A stretch of DNA of 64,000 bases from Dehalococcoidia bacterium. Lineage in GTDB: Bacteria; Chloroflexota; Dehalococcoidia; Lucifugimonadales; UBA3495. The stretch lies in NCBI GenBank assembly GCA_963665735.1, contig OY762444.1, positions 1,867,547-1,931,546 on the forward strand, in the 5' to 3' direction. The translations under genes and the position numbers were made by a program. Shown here piece by piece: positions 35,403-43,963 of the stretch (the stretch's first letter is position 1; the number at the start of each line of letters is the position of its first letter). The notes under the pieces were generated by a model. That model was not told the origin of the DNA. It worked only from the letters and a program-made list of their open reading frames with translations, and did not search any database.

Positions 35403-36473
35403 TTGCCGGAAAGTTTGATTACCGACGAAATTAAGGCCCTTATCGGACGGGAGTCGGAGCCGGAACGGAACCGCTTTCCCATCAGCGCCGAGATGGCCTA
35501 CGACGTGGCCGATTCCATCGAGGACTACAACCCCCTTTACGTGGATGCCGACTACGCCGCCAAGAGCCGGTTCGGGGGTCTGCTTTGCCCTCCCCTGGCG
35601 GCCTGGAAAGACATTGCGCCGCCCATCGGCTACTTCGGGGCGGGGCAGGACTGGCATTTTGAGGTGCCGCTGCCCTTCAACAGCTACGGGCTGAACGGGG
35701 GCAGCGACTGGCAGTTTCTCCGGCCGGCGCGGGTGGGCGCGTGGATTACCCGCCGGTTCCGAATCCTGGACATTTTCGAGAAACAAGGACGTTCCGGGCC
35801 ACTGGTGTTTATCGTGCGGCAGGAAACTCAGACGGACCAGGATGGGCAGGTCATCAGCGTCGCCAAACGGGTCAGCATTCACCGGGCGCTGGCATCGGAG
35901 GAGGATGCCAGGCCCGGTGTCGCGGTGGCGGAGCAACTGACCACGGTGGCGGTGGCCCCGCCGTCCCCGGACGTGGTAATCGCCAAGCCCGCCCCGGCCA
36001 AGCCGCCGCAGACCCGGTTTGAGGACGTGGCCGTTGGGACGAAGTTGGCGCCGGTGGTCAAAGGGCCGATGACCACCTCGCACCTGATACGGTGGGCGGC
36101 GGCCAACGGCAATTACGCCCGCATCCATTGGGACTTGCCCTTCGCCCAACTGCACCAGGGTTTGCCCAACGTGGTGGTCAACGGGTCGTTGAAGAATCAA
36201 TACCTGGGGCAACTGCTGCTGGACTTCGCCGGCGAAGAAGGATGGTTCAAGCGTTTCTACGTGGAACACCGGGGCATGGACTTCCCCGGCGATACCCTGA
36301 CGGCCCAAGGAACGGTTACGGCGACGCGGGAAGTTGACGGCTACGGCTACGCCGATTGCCAAGTGACGCTGACCAACGACCGGGGCCAGCAGACCGCCGG
36401 CGGAACGGCAACGGTGGTCTTGCCCAAGCGCAGCCAATCATTGCCGTTGGCGTGGGACGAGGAACCCTTGTAA
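35403..36473 (+). CDS. Double hot-dog (MaoC_N + MaoC-like) enoyl-CoA hydratase/dehydratase
   Basis: TTG start. The N-terminal half shows SIEDYNPLYVDADYAAKSRFGGLLCPPLAAW. The C-terminal half shows TTSHLIRWAAANGNYARIHWDLPFAQ...VVNGSL. The architecture resembles itaconyl-/mesaconyl-CoA hydratases. Confidence 0.7.
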   Translation: MPESLITDEIKALIGRESEPERNRFPISAEMAYDVADSIEDYNPLYVDADYAAKSRFGGLLCPPLAAWKDIAPPIGYFGAGQDWHFEVPLPFNSYGLNGGSDWQFLRPARVGAWITRRFRILDIFEKQGRSGPLVFIVRQETQTDQDGQVISVAKRVSIHRALASEEDARPGVAVAEQLTTVAVAPPSPDVVIAKPAPAKPPQTRFEDVAVGTKLAPVVKGPMTTSHLIRWAAANGNYARIHWDLPFAQLHQGLPNVVVNGSLKNQYLGQLLLDFAGEEGWFKRFYVEHRGMDFPGDTLTAQGTVTATREVDGYGYADCQVTLTNDRGQQTAGGTATVVLPKRSQSLPLAWDEEPL

Positions 36474-37666
36474 TGGCGGGAATGCTGGCGGGTATCCGCG
36501 TTCTGGAATTGGGCGACGGGGTTGCCGCTTCTTTTTGCGGCAAGCTGCTGGCCGACTATGGGGCCGACGTTATCAAGATTGAGCCGCCCGATACCGGCCA
36601 TGACACCCGGCGGGTTGGGCCTTTCGTTGGCGATGACCCCCACCCGGAAAAGAGCATCCCCTTTCTGTACCTGAACACCAACAAGCGCGCCGTAACGCTG
36701 GGTCTGGATACCGCCACCGGCCAAGGTCTGCTGCGCCGCTTGGCGGCAACGGCGGACGTGGTGGCGGAAGATTTTCCCGCCGGCCGGTTGGAAGAACTGG
36801 GGGCGGGTTATGCAGTCCTGTCCGGGGTCAATCCCGGCCTGGTGGTCACGTCCATAACCTCCTTTGGGCAAGATGGGCCTTACCGCGATTTGCAGGCCAC
36901 CGACATCGTTAACTTCGCCATGAGCGGGCTGATGTACCACTCCGGGGACTCGGATAAGGAACCGCTGCGGAATGTTCTGAACCAGTCCTATTACGTGGCC
37001 GGGGTCAACGCCGCCGTTGCGACAATGGCAGCCCTGTTCCAAAGGCTGACCACCGGACAGGGGCAGCGGGTGGACGTTTCGGCTACCGAATGTTTGGCGT
37101 CCCACCTGGTGCAGGCCGCGCCGTATTACAGCTTTATGGGGGCCATCAAGGGCCGCCGCCCGATGCGCGGGGCCGGGTTTGAAGAGCTGATGCCGGCCAG
37201 GGACGGCTACGTTATCCCGTCGGTGCAGGGTTCCCAACCCTGGTCAACGGTGGCGGAACTGGTGGGAGTGGCCGAGTTGCAGGACGAAAGATTCGCCACC
37301 GGCACGGGGCGCATCGAACACGGCGAGGAATTGAATCAACTGCTGCTGCGGGGTTTGGCCCAATGGGACCGGAAAGAGCTTTTCCAGGCGTCGGGAGAGC
37401 GGCGGCTGGTCTTTGGCATGGCTCAGGACGCCGGCGATTTGGCGGAATGTCCCCACCTAGCGGCGCGGGAGTTCTTTGACCGGGTGGCGCATCCGGTAGC
37501 GGGAACGGCGGACTACCCGGGCATGGGGCCGATTGTGTCGGGAATGGGCCGGACGGAACGGCGGCCGGCGCCGATGCTGGGGCAGCACAACGCCGAAATT
37601 TATGGCGAAGAACTGGGTTGCTCATCCCTGGAACTGGCGCAACTGCGGGCGGTTGGGGCGATATGA
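36473..37666 (+). CDS. Family III CoA-transferase (CaiB/BaiF), copy 1
   Basis: ORF trimmed to ATG 36473 (TAATG overlap with the hydratase stop). The product reads MAGMLAGIRVLELGDGVAASFCGKLLADYGADVIKIEPP. Confidence 0.85.
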   Translation: MAGMLAGIRVLELGDGVAASFCGKLLADYGADVIKIEPPDTGHDTRRVGPFVGDDPHPEKSIPFLYLNTNKRAVTLGLDTATGQGLLRRLAATADVVAEDFPAGRLEELGAGYAVLSGVNPGLVVTSITSFGQDGPYRDLQATDIVNFAMSGLMYHSGDSDKEPLRNVLNQSYYVAGVNAAVATMAALFQRLTTGQGQRVDVSATECLASHLVQAAPYYSFMGAIKGRRPMRGAGFEELMPARDGYVIPSVQGSQPWSTVAELVGVAELQDERFATGTGRIEHGEELNQLLLRGLAQWDRKELFQASGERRLVFGMAQDAGDLAECPHLAAREFFDRVAHPVAGTADYPGMGPIVSGMGRTERRPAPMLGQHNAEIYGEELGCSSLELAQLRAVGAI

Positions 37667-39045
37667 GCCGCGCGCCGCTGGAAGGAATCCGGGTGGTGGA
37701 CTTGAGCCGGGTATTCGCTATGCCCTACTGCGGGGCGCATCTGGCCGACCTGGGCGCGGAGGTTATCAAGGTTGAAACCCACCACAGCGCGTTTGTTGAC
37801 ACCACCCGCACACTGAACGGCCCCTATCCCGACAACGAACCGGGGCATAACTTCTGGGAACGAGGCGGCACTTTCCAGACGTTGAACCGGGGCAAGCGGT
37901 CGGTGACGCTGGACTTGCGCTCGGAAGAGGCGCTAGGCGTCCTGAAAGACCTGGTGAGCGTCAGCGACGTGGTGCTGGAAAACTTCACGCCGCGGGTGAT
38001 GCGCCGTTTCGGTCTGGATTACGCCCGGTTGCGGGCATACCGTCCTGACCTGATTATGGTTTCCAACACCGGCTACGGCCACAGCGGGCCGTGGCAAGAC
38101 TTCGGGGCGATGGCTACCGCCCTGGAACCCACCCACGGCACCGGGGCTTTCATGGGCTACCTGGAACCCGAAGGCGCGGGGTGTCTTGGGCCGGGGACGG
38201 TTCCCAACAAAATCGCCAATTCCTACACGGATTTTCTGGCTAGCTGGACGGCGCAATTGGCGGTATTGGTCTGTCTTTTCCACCGGGCCAACACCGGGCA
38301 AGGGGCCTGGATTGACTTGGCGATGTACCAGGTGGGAGTCTCTTACATGGGGGAGGGACTGCTGGACTACGCCTTTAACGGGCGGCGCGCCCGGCGGTTG
38401 GGCAACCGCCATGAGTACCTGTCGCCCCACGGCTGCTACCCCTGCCGCGGCGATGACGAATGGGCGGTAATCGCGGCGCGGGATGACGCTGAATGGAAGG
38501 CTGTCTGCCGGGTCATGGGACGCCCGGAGTTGGCCGAAGACGTGCGGTTCGCCGACCCCATCGCCCGTCATGCCCACCAGGACGAACTGGACGATATAAT
38601 CGCCGGTTGGACAAGAAAGTTGGGCCAGTACGAAGTCATGGAACTGTTGCAACGAGAGGGGGTTCCCGCCGGGCCGGCCCTGGACGGCAAGGGAATCTGG
38701 AACAATCCCCACCTGCGGAGCCGGGGCTATTTCGAGACAGCGCAGCACCCGCCGGAAACCGGGTTGGGGCAGCGGGATTACACCAGCCGGGGTTGGCGGT
38801 TGAGCGACAGCAAGGTGGGCATCGGCAGACCCGGCCCAATGCTGGGACAGGACAACCACCATGTTTTGTCGGAAATCCTGGGGTTGGAGGCGGCCCGGAT
38901 TGATGAGTTAAAGCAAGCCGACGCCATTGGCGATACGCTGAAGGGTATGGCAGTGCCGCGGGCGGTGCCGATGGAACGTCAGGTGGAATTGGGCTGGACG
39001 GTAAGGTATGACCCGGATTATCGGGGGCCGGGAGATGGTGGTTAG
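37663..39045 (+). CDS. Family III CoA-transferase, copy 2
   Basis: ORF trimmed to ATG 37663 (ATGA overlap with copy 1). The product reads MSRAPLEGIRVVDLSRVFAMPYCGAHLADLGAEVIKVE. Confidence 0.85.
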   Translation: MSRAPLEGIRVVDLSRVFAMPYCGAHLADLGAEVIKVETHHSAFVDTTRTLNGPYPDNEPGHNFWERGGTFQTLNRGKRSVTLDLRSEEALGVLKDLVSVSDVVLENFTPRVMRRFGLDYARLRAYRPDLIMVSNTGYGHSGPWQDFGAMATALEPTHGTGAFMGYLEPEGAGCLGPGTVPNKIANSYTDFLASWTAQLAVLVCLFHRANTGQGAWIDLAMYQVGVSYMGEGLLDYAFNGRRARRLGNRHEYLSPHGCYPCRGDDEWAVIAARDDAEWKAVCRVMGRPELAEDVRFADPIARHAHQDELDDIIAGWTRKLGQYEVMELLQREGVPAGPALDGKGIWNNPHLRSRGYFETAQHPPETGLGQRDYTSRGWRLSDSKVGIGRPGPMLGQDNHHVLSEILGLEAARIDELKQADAIGDTLKGMAVPRAVPMERQVELGWTVRYDPDYRGPGDGG

Positions 39046-39265
39046 TGGATAGTGGTCTGTCAACTGAGGATTGATGGATAAAGCGGGAGTCCGTTCGTGG
39101 TGAGCTTGTCGAACCATGAACGGGCGGCCCTTCGACAAGCTCAGGGCGAACGGGAAAATCCACCATCATTTCAAGGTTGTTCGCCTGTCAGTGGCTAGTG
39201 GCCGGGGGCCAGTGGTTAGTTTCTGCAATCTGCGCCCCACTATCCACTAATCACTGGCCACTAAT
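39036..39265. repeat. Intercistronic mosaic: heptamer (STRR-like) repeats, a family 6 element (39088..39155) and inverted heptamer arms (39187..39220 / 39236..39265)
   Basis: The heptamer register reads GGTGGTT AGTGGAT AGTGGTC ... CCCACTA TCCACTA ATCACTG GCCACTA. Family 6 is AGTCCGTTCGTGGTGAGCTTGTCGAACC...TTCGACAAGCTCAGGGCGAACGGGA, with a 12-bp internal stem. Confidence 0.8.
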
Positions 39266-39280
39266 TGAAGGAGGTATCGC

Positions 39281-40540
39281 ATGACGGAGGCGGGAATTTT
39301 GGACGGGGTGACGGTGTTGACCCTGGAGCAGGTTCACGCCCTGCCCTGGGGCACCGGCTTTCTGGCAGACCTGGGGGCGCGGGTCGTCCGGGTGGAAAGC
39401 GTTGACCACCTGCAAGACCGCAAGGCCGGCCCCTTTCCCGGCGGCGCTCCGGGCGAAGAGTGGTGGAACGAAGGCGGCAGCCTGGTCTATTACGGCACCC
39501 GCAACAAGCAAAGCCTGTGCATGGACGTTACCAGTCCCAAAGGCAAAGAGGTCTTTCTGAAACTGGCGGCCAATGCGGACATCGTGACCGACAACTTCCG
39601 GCCCGGCACCATGCAGCGGTTCGGATTTGACCACGAAAGCCTGTCGGTGGTGAATCCCCGGATTATCAGCCTGAGCAGCACGGCCTACGGGTACACCGGC
39701 CCCTGGCGGCGGGCGGGTTCCCGCGCCCGCACGGTGGACGCCGCTTGCGGGCTGTCCTACCTGACCGGCTACGAAGGCGGCCCGTCCTACCGGGCCAGCA
39801 ACAACTACATGGACCACTCCGTCGGCAACAACGTGGCCTATGCCCTGCTGCTGGCCCTGTACCAGCGCAGCAAGACGGGCCGGGGGATGCGGATTGACCT
39901 GACCATGCAGGAAACCGGCGTCTCAGCCATCGGCCCGGCGGTCTTGGAGGCCCAGCGGGGAATAACCCGGCAGAGGATGGGCTGCGCTCACTGGTGGAAG
40001 TCGCCGCACAATGTTTATCCCTGCAAGGACGCTGACCGCTGGGTTGTCATTGTGGTGTCCGGCGACGGGGAATGGGAACGGCTGAAAGAGGCGATGGGGA
40101 GTCCGGCCTGGGCCAACGATGCGAAGTTGGATTCGGTGAGCGGGCGTTGGCGGCATCGTCACGAAATTGACGAAAATCTGGCCGAATGGACGGCGCAGTG
40201 GGACGACCTGGAGTTGGGCCGCTACCTGCAAGGGCATGGTGTCAGCGCCGGGCCGGCCATGACCGCCGAGCAGTTGGTCAACGACGACCACCTGCAACAG
40301 CGGGGCTACCTGTGGGAGTTTGACAACCCCAACGCGCCGGAGGTGGGGCCGCGGGTTTACGCCGGTCGTCCCTTCCGCACCCCGGAAATACCCATGTCCA
40401 TCACCAAGGCGGCGGCCTTGGGCCAGGACAACGAGGCGGCGTTGAAAGAGATTGGCGGCCTTTCGGCGGAGGAAATAGCGTCTTTGGCTGAGGAAGGGGT
40501 CATCGCCGCCGCGCCCCGTCCCGACGAAAGGCGGCCCTGA
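39281..40540 (+). CDS. Family III CoA-transferase, copy 3
   Basis: MTEAGILDGVTVLTLEQVHALPWGTGFLADLGARVVRVES, with GAAGGAGG upstream. Confidence 0.85.
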   Translation: MTEAGILDGVTVLTLEQVHALPWGTGFLADLGARVVRVESVDHLQDRKAGPFPGGAPGEEWWNEGGSLVYYGTRNKQSLCMDVTSPKGKEVFLKLAANADIVTDNFRPGTMQRFGFDHESLSVVNPRIISLSSTAYGYTGPWRRAGSRARTVDAACGLSYLTGYEGGPSYRASNNYMDHSVGNNVAYALLLALYQRSKTGRGMRIDLTMQETGVSAIGPAVLEAQRGITRQRMGCAHWWKSPHNVYPCKDADRWVVIVVSGDGEWERLKEAMGSPAWANDAKLDSVSGRWRHRHEIDENLAEWTAQWDDLELGRYLQGHGVSAGPAMTAEQLVNDDHLQQRGYLWEFDNPNAPEVGPRVYAGRPFRTPEIPMSITKAAALGQDNEAALKEIGGLSAEEIASLAEEGVIAAAPRPDERRP

Positions 40541-40677
40541 GTCAGTGGACAGTGGTTAGTGGTTAGCGCGGGGCAACCGGCGAGTAGGGGCGCACGGCCG
40601 TGCGCCCCTACCACTAGCCACTAACTGCTATTCACTGACCAATAACCACTGGCAACTGACCACTAAGAGAGGAACTT
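40541..40677. repeat. Intercistronic 137-nt composite palindrome: heptamer arms around the family-4 28-nt palindrome (40584..40611)
   Basis: Left arm GTCAGTG GACAGTG GTTAGTG GTTAG. Centre GTAGGGGCGCACGGCCGTGCGCCCCTAC. Right arm CACTAG CCACTAA CTGCTAT TCACTGA CCAATAA CCACTGG CAACTGA CCACTAA. Confidence 0.85.
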
Positions 40678-41886
40678 ATGGCAGGAATACTTGACGGCAT
40701 CAGAACGCTGGAATTGACCAACCAACCGTCGGGGGCGTTCTGCGCCAAGCTGGTGGCCGACCAGGGGGCCGACACGCTCAAGGTTGAGCCGCCGGGCTGG
40801 GGCGACCAGTTGCGCCACGAACCGCCCTTCATCGGCGGCGAGCCGCACCCGGACAAGGGAACGTCTTTCCTGGCCTTCAACACCAACAAACGGGGCATCA
40901 CCCTGGACTTGGAGCAGACCGCCGGGCGGGAAATCCTGCTGCGGCTGGCCGAGTCCGCCGACGTGGTTATCGAGAGCTTTCCGCCGGGATACCTGGACGC
41001 GCTGGGGTTGGGGTATGAGGCGCTGCAAGGGCGGAATCCGGGGCTGATACTGGTATCCATAACCTACTTCGGGCAGGAGGGCCCCTACGCCGACTACCGG
41101 GGCAATGACCTGGTGGCGCAGGCGATGGGCGGGTTCCTGTACGCGGTGACGGGTTCCAGCAACCGCCCGCCGATGGGAACGGCGTTGCAGCAGATGGAAA
41201 TAACGGCGGCGCGCAACGGGGCCATCGCCATCACCGCCGCTTTGATGCGTCGGGAACAATCCGGCGGTGGAACGCACATTGACCTGTCGGTGATGGAGGC
41301 GGCGGTGAGCACGCCCAGCGGGTTGATTCACCCCTTCACCTTCACCGGGCGCAGTCCCCACCGGGGCGGCAGCGACGGCAACGTGATGGACGGGATGCAC
41401 CTGCCCACCAGGGACGGCGAGGTTACGTTGACCACCGCCGGCACCGGGGGGCGTCCGATGGAGGCGTGGGCCGAGTTTCTGGATGAGCCGGGCTTGCTGG
41501 ACGCCAAGTTTGCCAGCCGCCAGGGACGGATGGAGCATTGGGAGGAACTGCACGGGCTGGTGGCGCCCAAGCTGGCGGAGTGGAACAACCTGGACTTGAT
41601 GGCGGAGACGATGGCCCGCGGCCTGGTGGTGGGGCTGGTGCAAAGCCCGGAGCAGGTGGTGGAATCGCCCCACCTGGAGGAGCGGGGGTTTTTCGTGGAG
41701 TTGGAACACCCGGAGGTTGGGACGCTGAAATACGCCGGGGCCGGGTTTTTCATGGACGGGGAAAACACCATGGAAACGGGCCGGGCGGCGCCCCGGCTGG
41801 GGGAACACAACGTCGAAATTCTTAACGGGGAGTTGGGAATTTCCCTGGAAGAGTTGGGCGTCTTGCGGGCGGCGCGGGTGATTTAG
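40678..41886 (+). CDS. Family III CoA-transferase, copy 4
   Basis: MAGILDGIRTLELTNQPSGAFCAKLVADQGADTLKVEPPGWGD. Confidence 0.85.
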   Translation: MAGILDGIRTLELTNQPSGAFCAKLVADQGADTLKVEPPGWGDQLRHEPPFIGGEPHPDKGTSFLAFNTNKRGITLDLEQTAGREILLRLAESADVVIESFPPGYLDALGLGYEALQGRNPGLILVSITYFGQEGPYADYRGNDLVAQAMGGFLYAVTGSSNRPPMGTALQQMEITAARNGAIAITAALMRREQSGGGTHIDLSVMEAAVSTPSGLIHPFTFTGRSPHRGGSDGNVMDGMHLPTRDGEVTLTTAGTGGRPMEAWAEFLDEPGLLDAKFASRQGRMEHWEELHGLVAPKLAEWNNLDLMAETMARGLVVGLVQSPEQVVESPHLEERGFFVELEHPEVGTLKYAGAGFFMDGENTMETGRAAPRLGEHNVEILNGELGISLEELGVLRAARVI

Positions 41887-42565
41887 GGTAGATAGTGGCC
41901 AGGGGGCGTCGCCAAAATCATACGTTGCAATTCCCGCATCCCCAACGTGATACCGGCGCAGGCCAGTATCCAGGAATCCTTGCCCTCGATTACGCTGTTT
42001 TTTGCTTGGGGTTTCTGGATTCCGGCTTTCGCCGGAATGACGGGTTGGGCGCGGGAGTGACGGTTTGTGCGCCGATGGCGAGTATCTTCCCCTGGTTGAT
42101 ACCCTCCTCAACTTGTCCAAGGCCATACAGTTACCGGCCTTTGCCGAACAGTCCCAGCCGGTACGCCATCCAGCAGAGCATTCCCAGGACGGAAGCTATT
42201 AACAGCACCTCTACCGCCAGCCAAAAGACGAGGCCCGGTTCCGTGCCAAGAAAAGCGCCGAATTTCTGAATGAACCCCATTGAACACCCCCCGTTGCAAC
42301 CTGGTCTGACAGCCGCATTATCTTTCCTGAGCGAGGGACATTGTCAACATTTATGCCGGATTGTGTCCCGGGGCGTGTCGTTATATTCACCGCTATACCG
42401 GCGCAGGCCGGTATCCAGGAATCCTTGCCCTCGATTACGCTGTTTTTTGCTTGGGGTTTCTGGATTCCGGCTTTCGCCGGAATGACGGTGGAATATGACG
42501 ACACGCCCTGGTGGATAGTGCGGGGCAACCGGCGAGTAGGGGCGCATGGCCATGCGCCCCTACCA
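41887..42565. repeat. Gene-free repeat mosaic (two family-3 MITE-like copies 41946..42043 and 42391..42488; family-4 variant 42536..42563; heptamers)
   Basis: Direct reading. ORFs called here (e.g. 41895..42269, 42341..42850) translate repeats. Confidence 0.8.
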
Positions 42566-43921
42566 CTAGCCACTATGTTCGTCCCCGTCCTCCCTAACGT
42601 CTATGCGCCCGGTGACGGCGGCGGAAATCAGGGCGGTTCTAAACTCTCTCAGGAGTTCGACGGCTTTGCGCGATGTAGCGACCAGGGAGTCAATCTTGGC
42701 GGTTTCCCGGTCGAGGTAGGCGGCAATGGCGGTTTGTTCGGCCAGGGGCGGGAAAGGCATGAAACTGCAAGCTACTTCATTGGGACTAACGCGGGGCATC
42801 CTGGCGCCATAGGTCAGGCTATCAATCCAACGGATGTACGGCTCGTTTAACAGGCTGTATGCCAAGTAGCTTTGTAAACACTCATCCCTCGGGCGCATCA
42901 CCAACACCTCGCTGGTGGCCGTGCCTTCGAAGTCGGTACGGACTACCTTGGCGAGGTATGGACGGAGCTTGCCGAACAAGACATCCCCCGGAGCGAAGGT
43001 GACAACCGCACTGTCCACCCGTTCCGGCTGGTCATCAAGCAGCAGTTTCCCTGTCCACGGTTCGATATTCTCAAGTCCGACGTATGTAGCATCTTCCGGT
43101 TTGTTGTCCAGTTTGCCGTTATGGAAGGGAGCCACATACTTCAGCCGGCGCACTTCCCAATGGGCGGGGATTTCCCCCAGCCACTCAACGCCGGAGTCTT
43201 TCATTGGCGCGTTGGAGTCCAGGCCCCGGGTAACGGCGTTGGTGATGAGGGCGGCGCGCATTTCCCGCAGCAGTTCGATGAGCCGCTCTTTCCGGGAGAC
43301 CAGGGCGTCAATCTTGGCGGTTTCCCGGTCAAGGAAGGCGGCAATGGCCTGTTGTTCGGGGAGGGGCGGGATTGGGTGTTTGAGGTTGGAAACAAACGAC
43401 TCGGGAATTCGTTTCTGACCGCCGGCGCCATACATTTCGGCTTCGCCCAGCTTGCGGAAATCGCCCGTCATGGTCATGTAAAAGGCGAATTGCTTATCTA
43501 GTTCCGGGCGGCATCTCAATACGTGGAGTTCGGTGGTGCCAAAGGCGATTCCATTGACAAGTTCGCCAGCCAGCGCCCCCTTGCCGTTCTCAAAGCAAGG
43601 GGTAATCTTGGCTACCACTACATCGCCATCCCTGAAATAGGTATATCCGTCCACCACATCGGAAAGTTCCTTGGTTAGCGACAGGTCCAAGCCACCGTAT
43701 TCGCCAACGGCTTCCATTGGCAAGAAAGAGACCTCTGTATCCGGGGCCAGCTTTCGCACTTCGGAGGCTTTGGGATTCAGGCTAGCGACATACTTCAGCC
43801 GCTTGACTTCCCAATGGGCCGGCACGTCGCCCAGCCACTCGACGCCGGAGGGCCGGTAGGCCGGGTAGGGTTGGTATTTTGCGGTTGGATTTGCCATGTA
43901 AGGATGCTTTAAGGTTCGCAT
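42566..43921 (-). CDS. hsdS: Type I restriction-modification specificity subunit (HsdS), orphan
   Basis: Two TRD halves, each followed by the conserved helical repeat: LPEQQAIAAFLDRETAKIDALVSRKERLIELLREMRAALITNAVTRGL and LAEQTAIAAYLDRETAKIDSLVATSRKAVELLREFRTALISAAVTGRIDV. The alternative start ATG 43897 (MANPTAKY) is possible. Confidence 0.85.
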   Translation of the reverse strand: MRTLKHPYMANPTAKYQPYPAYRPSGVEWLGDVPAHWEVKRLKYVASLNPKASEVRKLAPDTEVSFLPMEAVGEYGGLDLSLTKELSDVVDGYTYFRDGDVVVAKITPCFENGKGALAGELVNGIAFGTTELHVLRCRPELDKQFAFYMTMTGDFRKLGEAEMYGAGGQKRIPESFVSNLKHPIPPLPEQQAIAAFLDRETAKIDALVSRKERLIELLREMRAALITNAVTRGLDSNAPMKDSGVEWLGEIPAHWEVRRLKYVAPFHNGKLDNKPEDATYVGLENIEPWTGKLLLDDQPERVDSAVVTFAPGDVLFGKLRPYLAKVVRTDFEGTATSEVLVMRPRDECLQSYLAYSLLNEPYIRWIDSLTYGARMPRVSPNEVACSFMPFPPLAEQTAIAAYLDRETAKIDSLVATSRKAVELLREFRTALISAAVTGRIDVREDGDEHSG

Positions 43922-43963
43922 CGCAACAGCTAAGCGTGTCCGCCTCTACGTCCGGCGGCGGGG

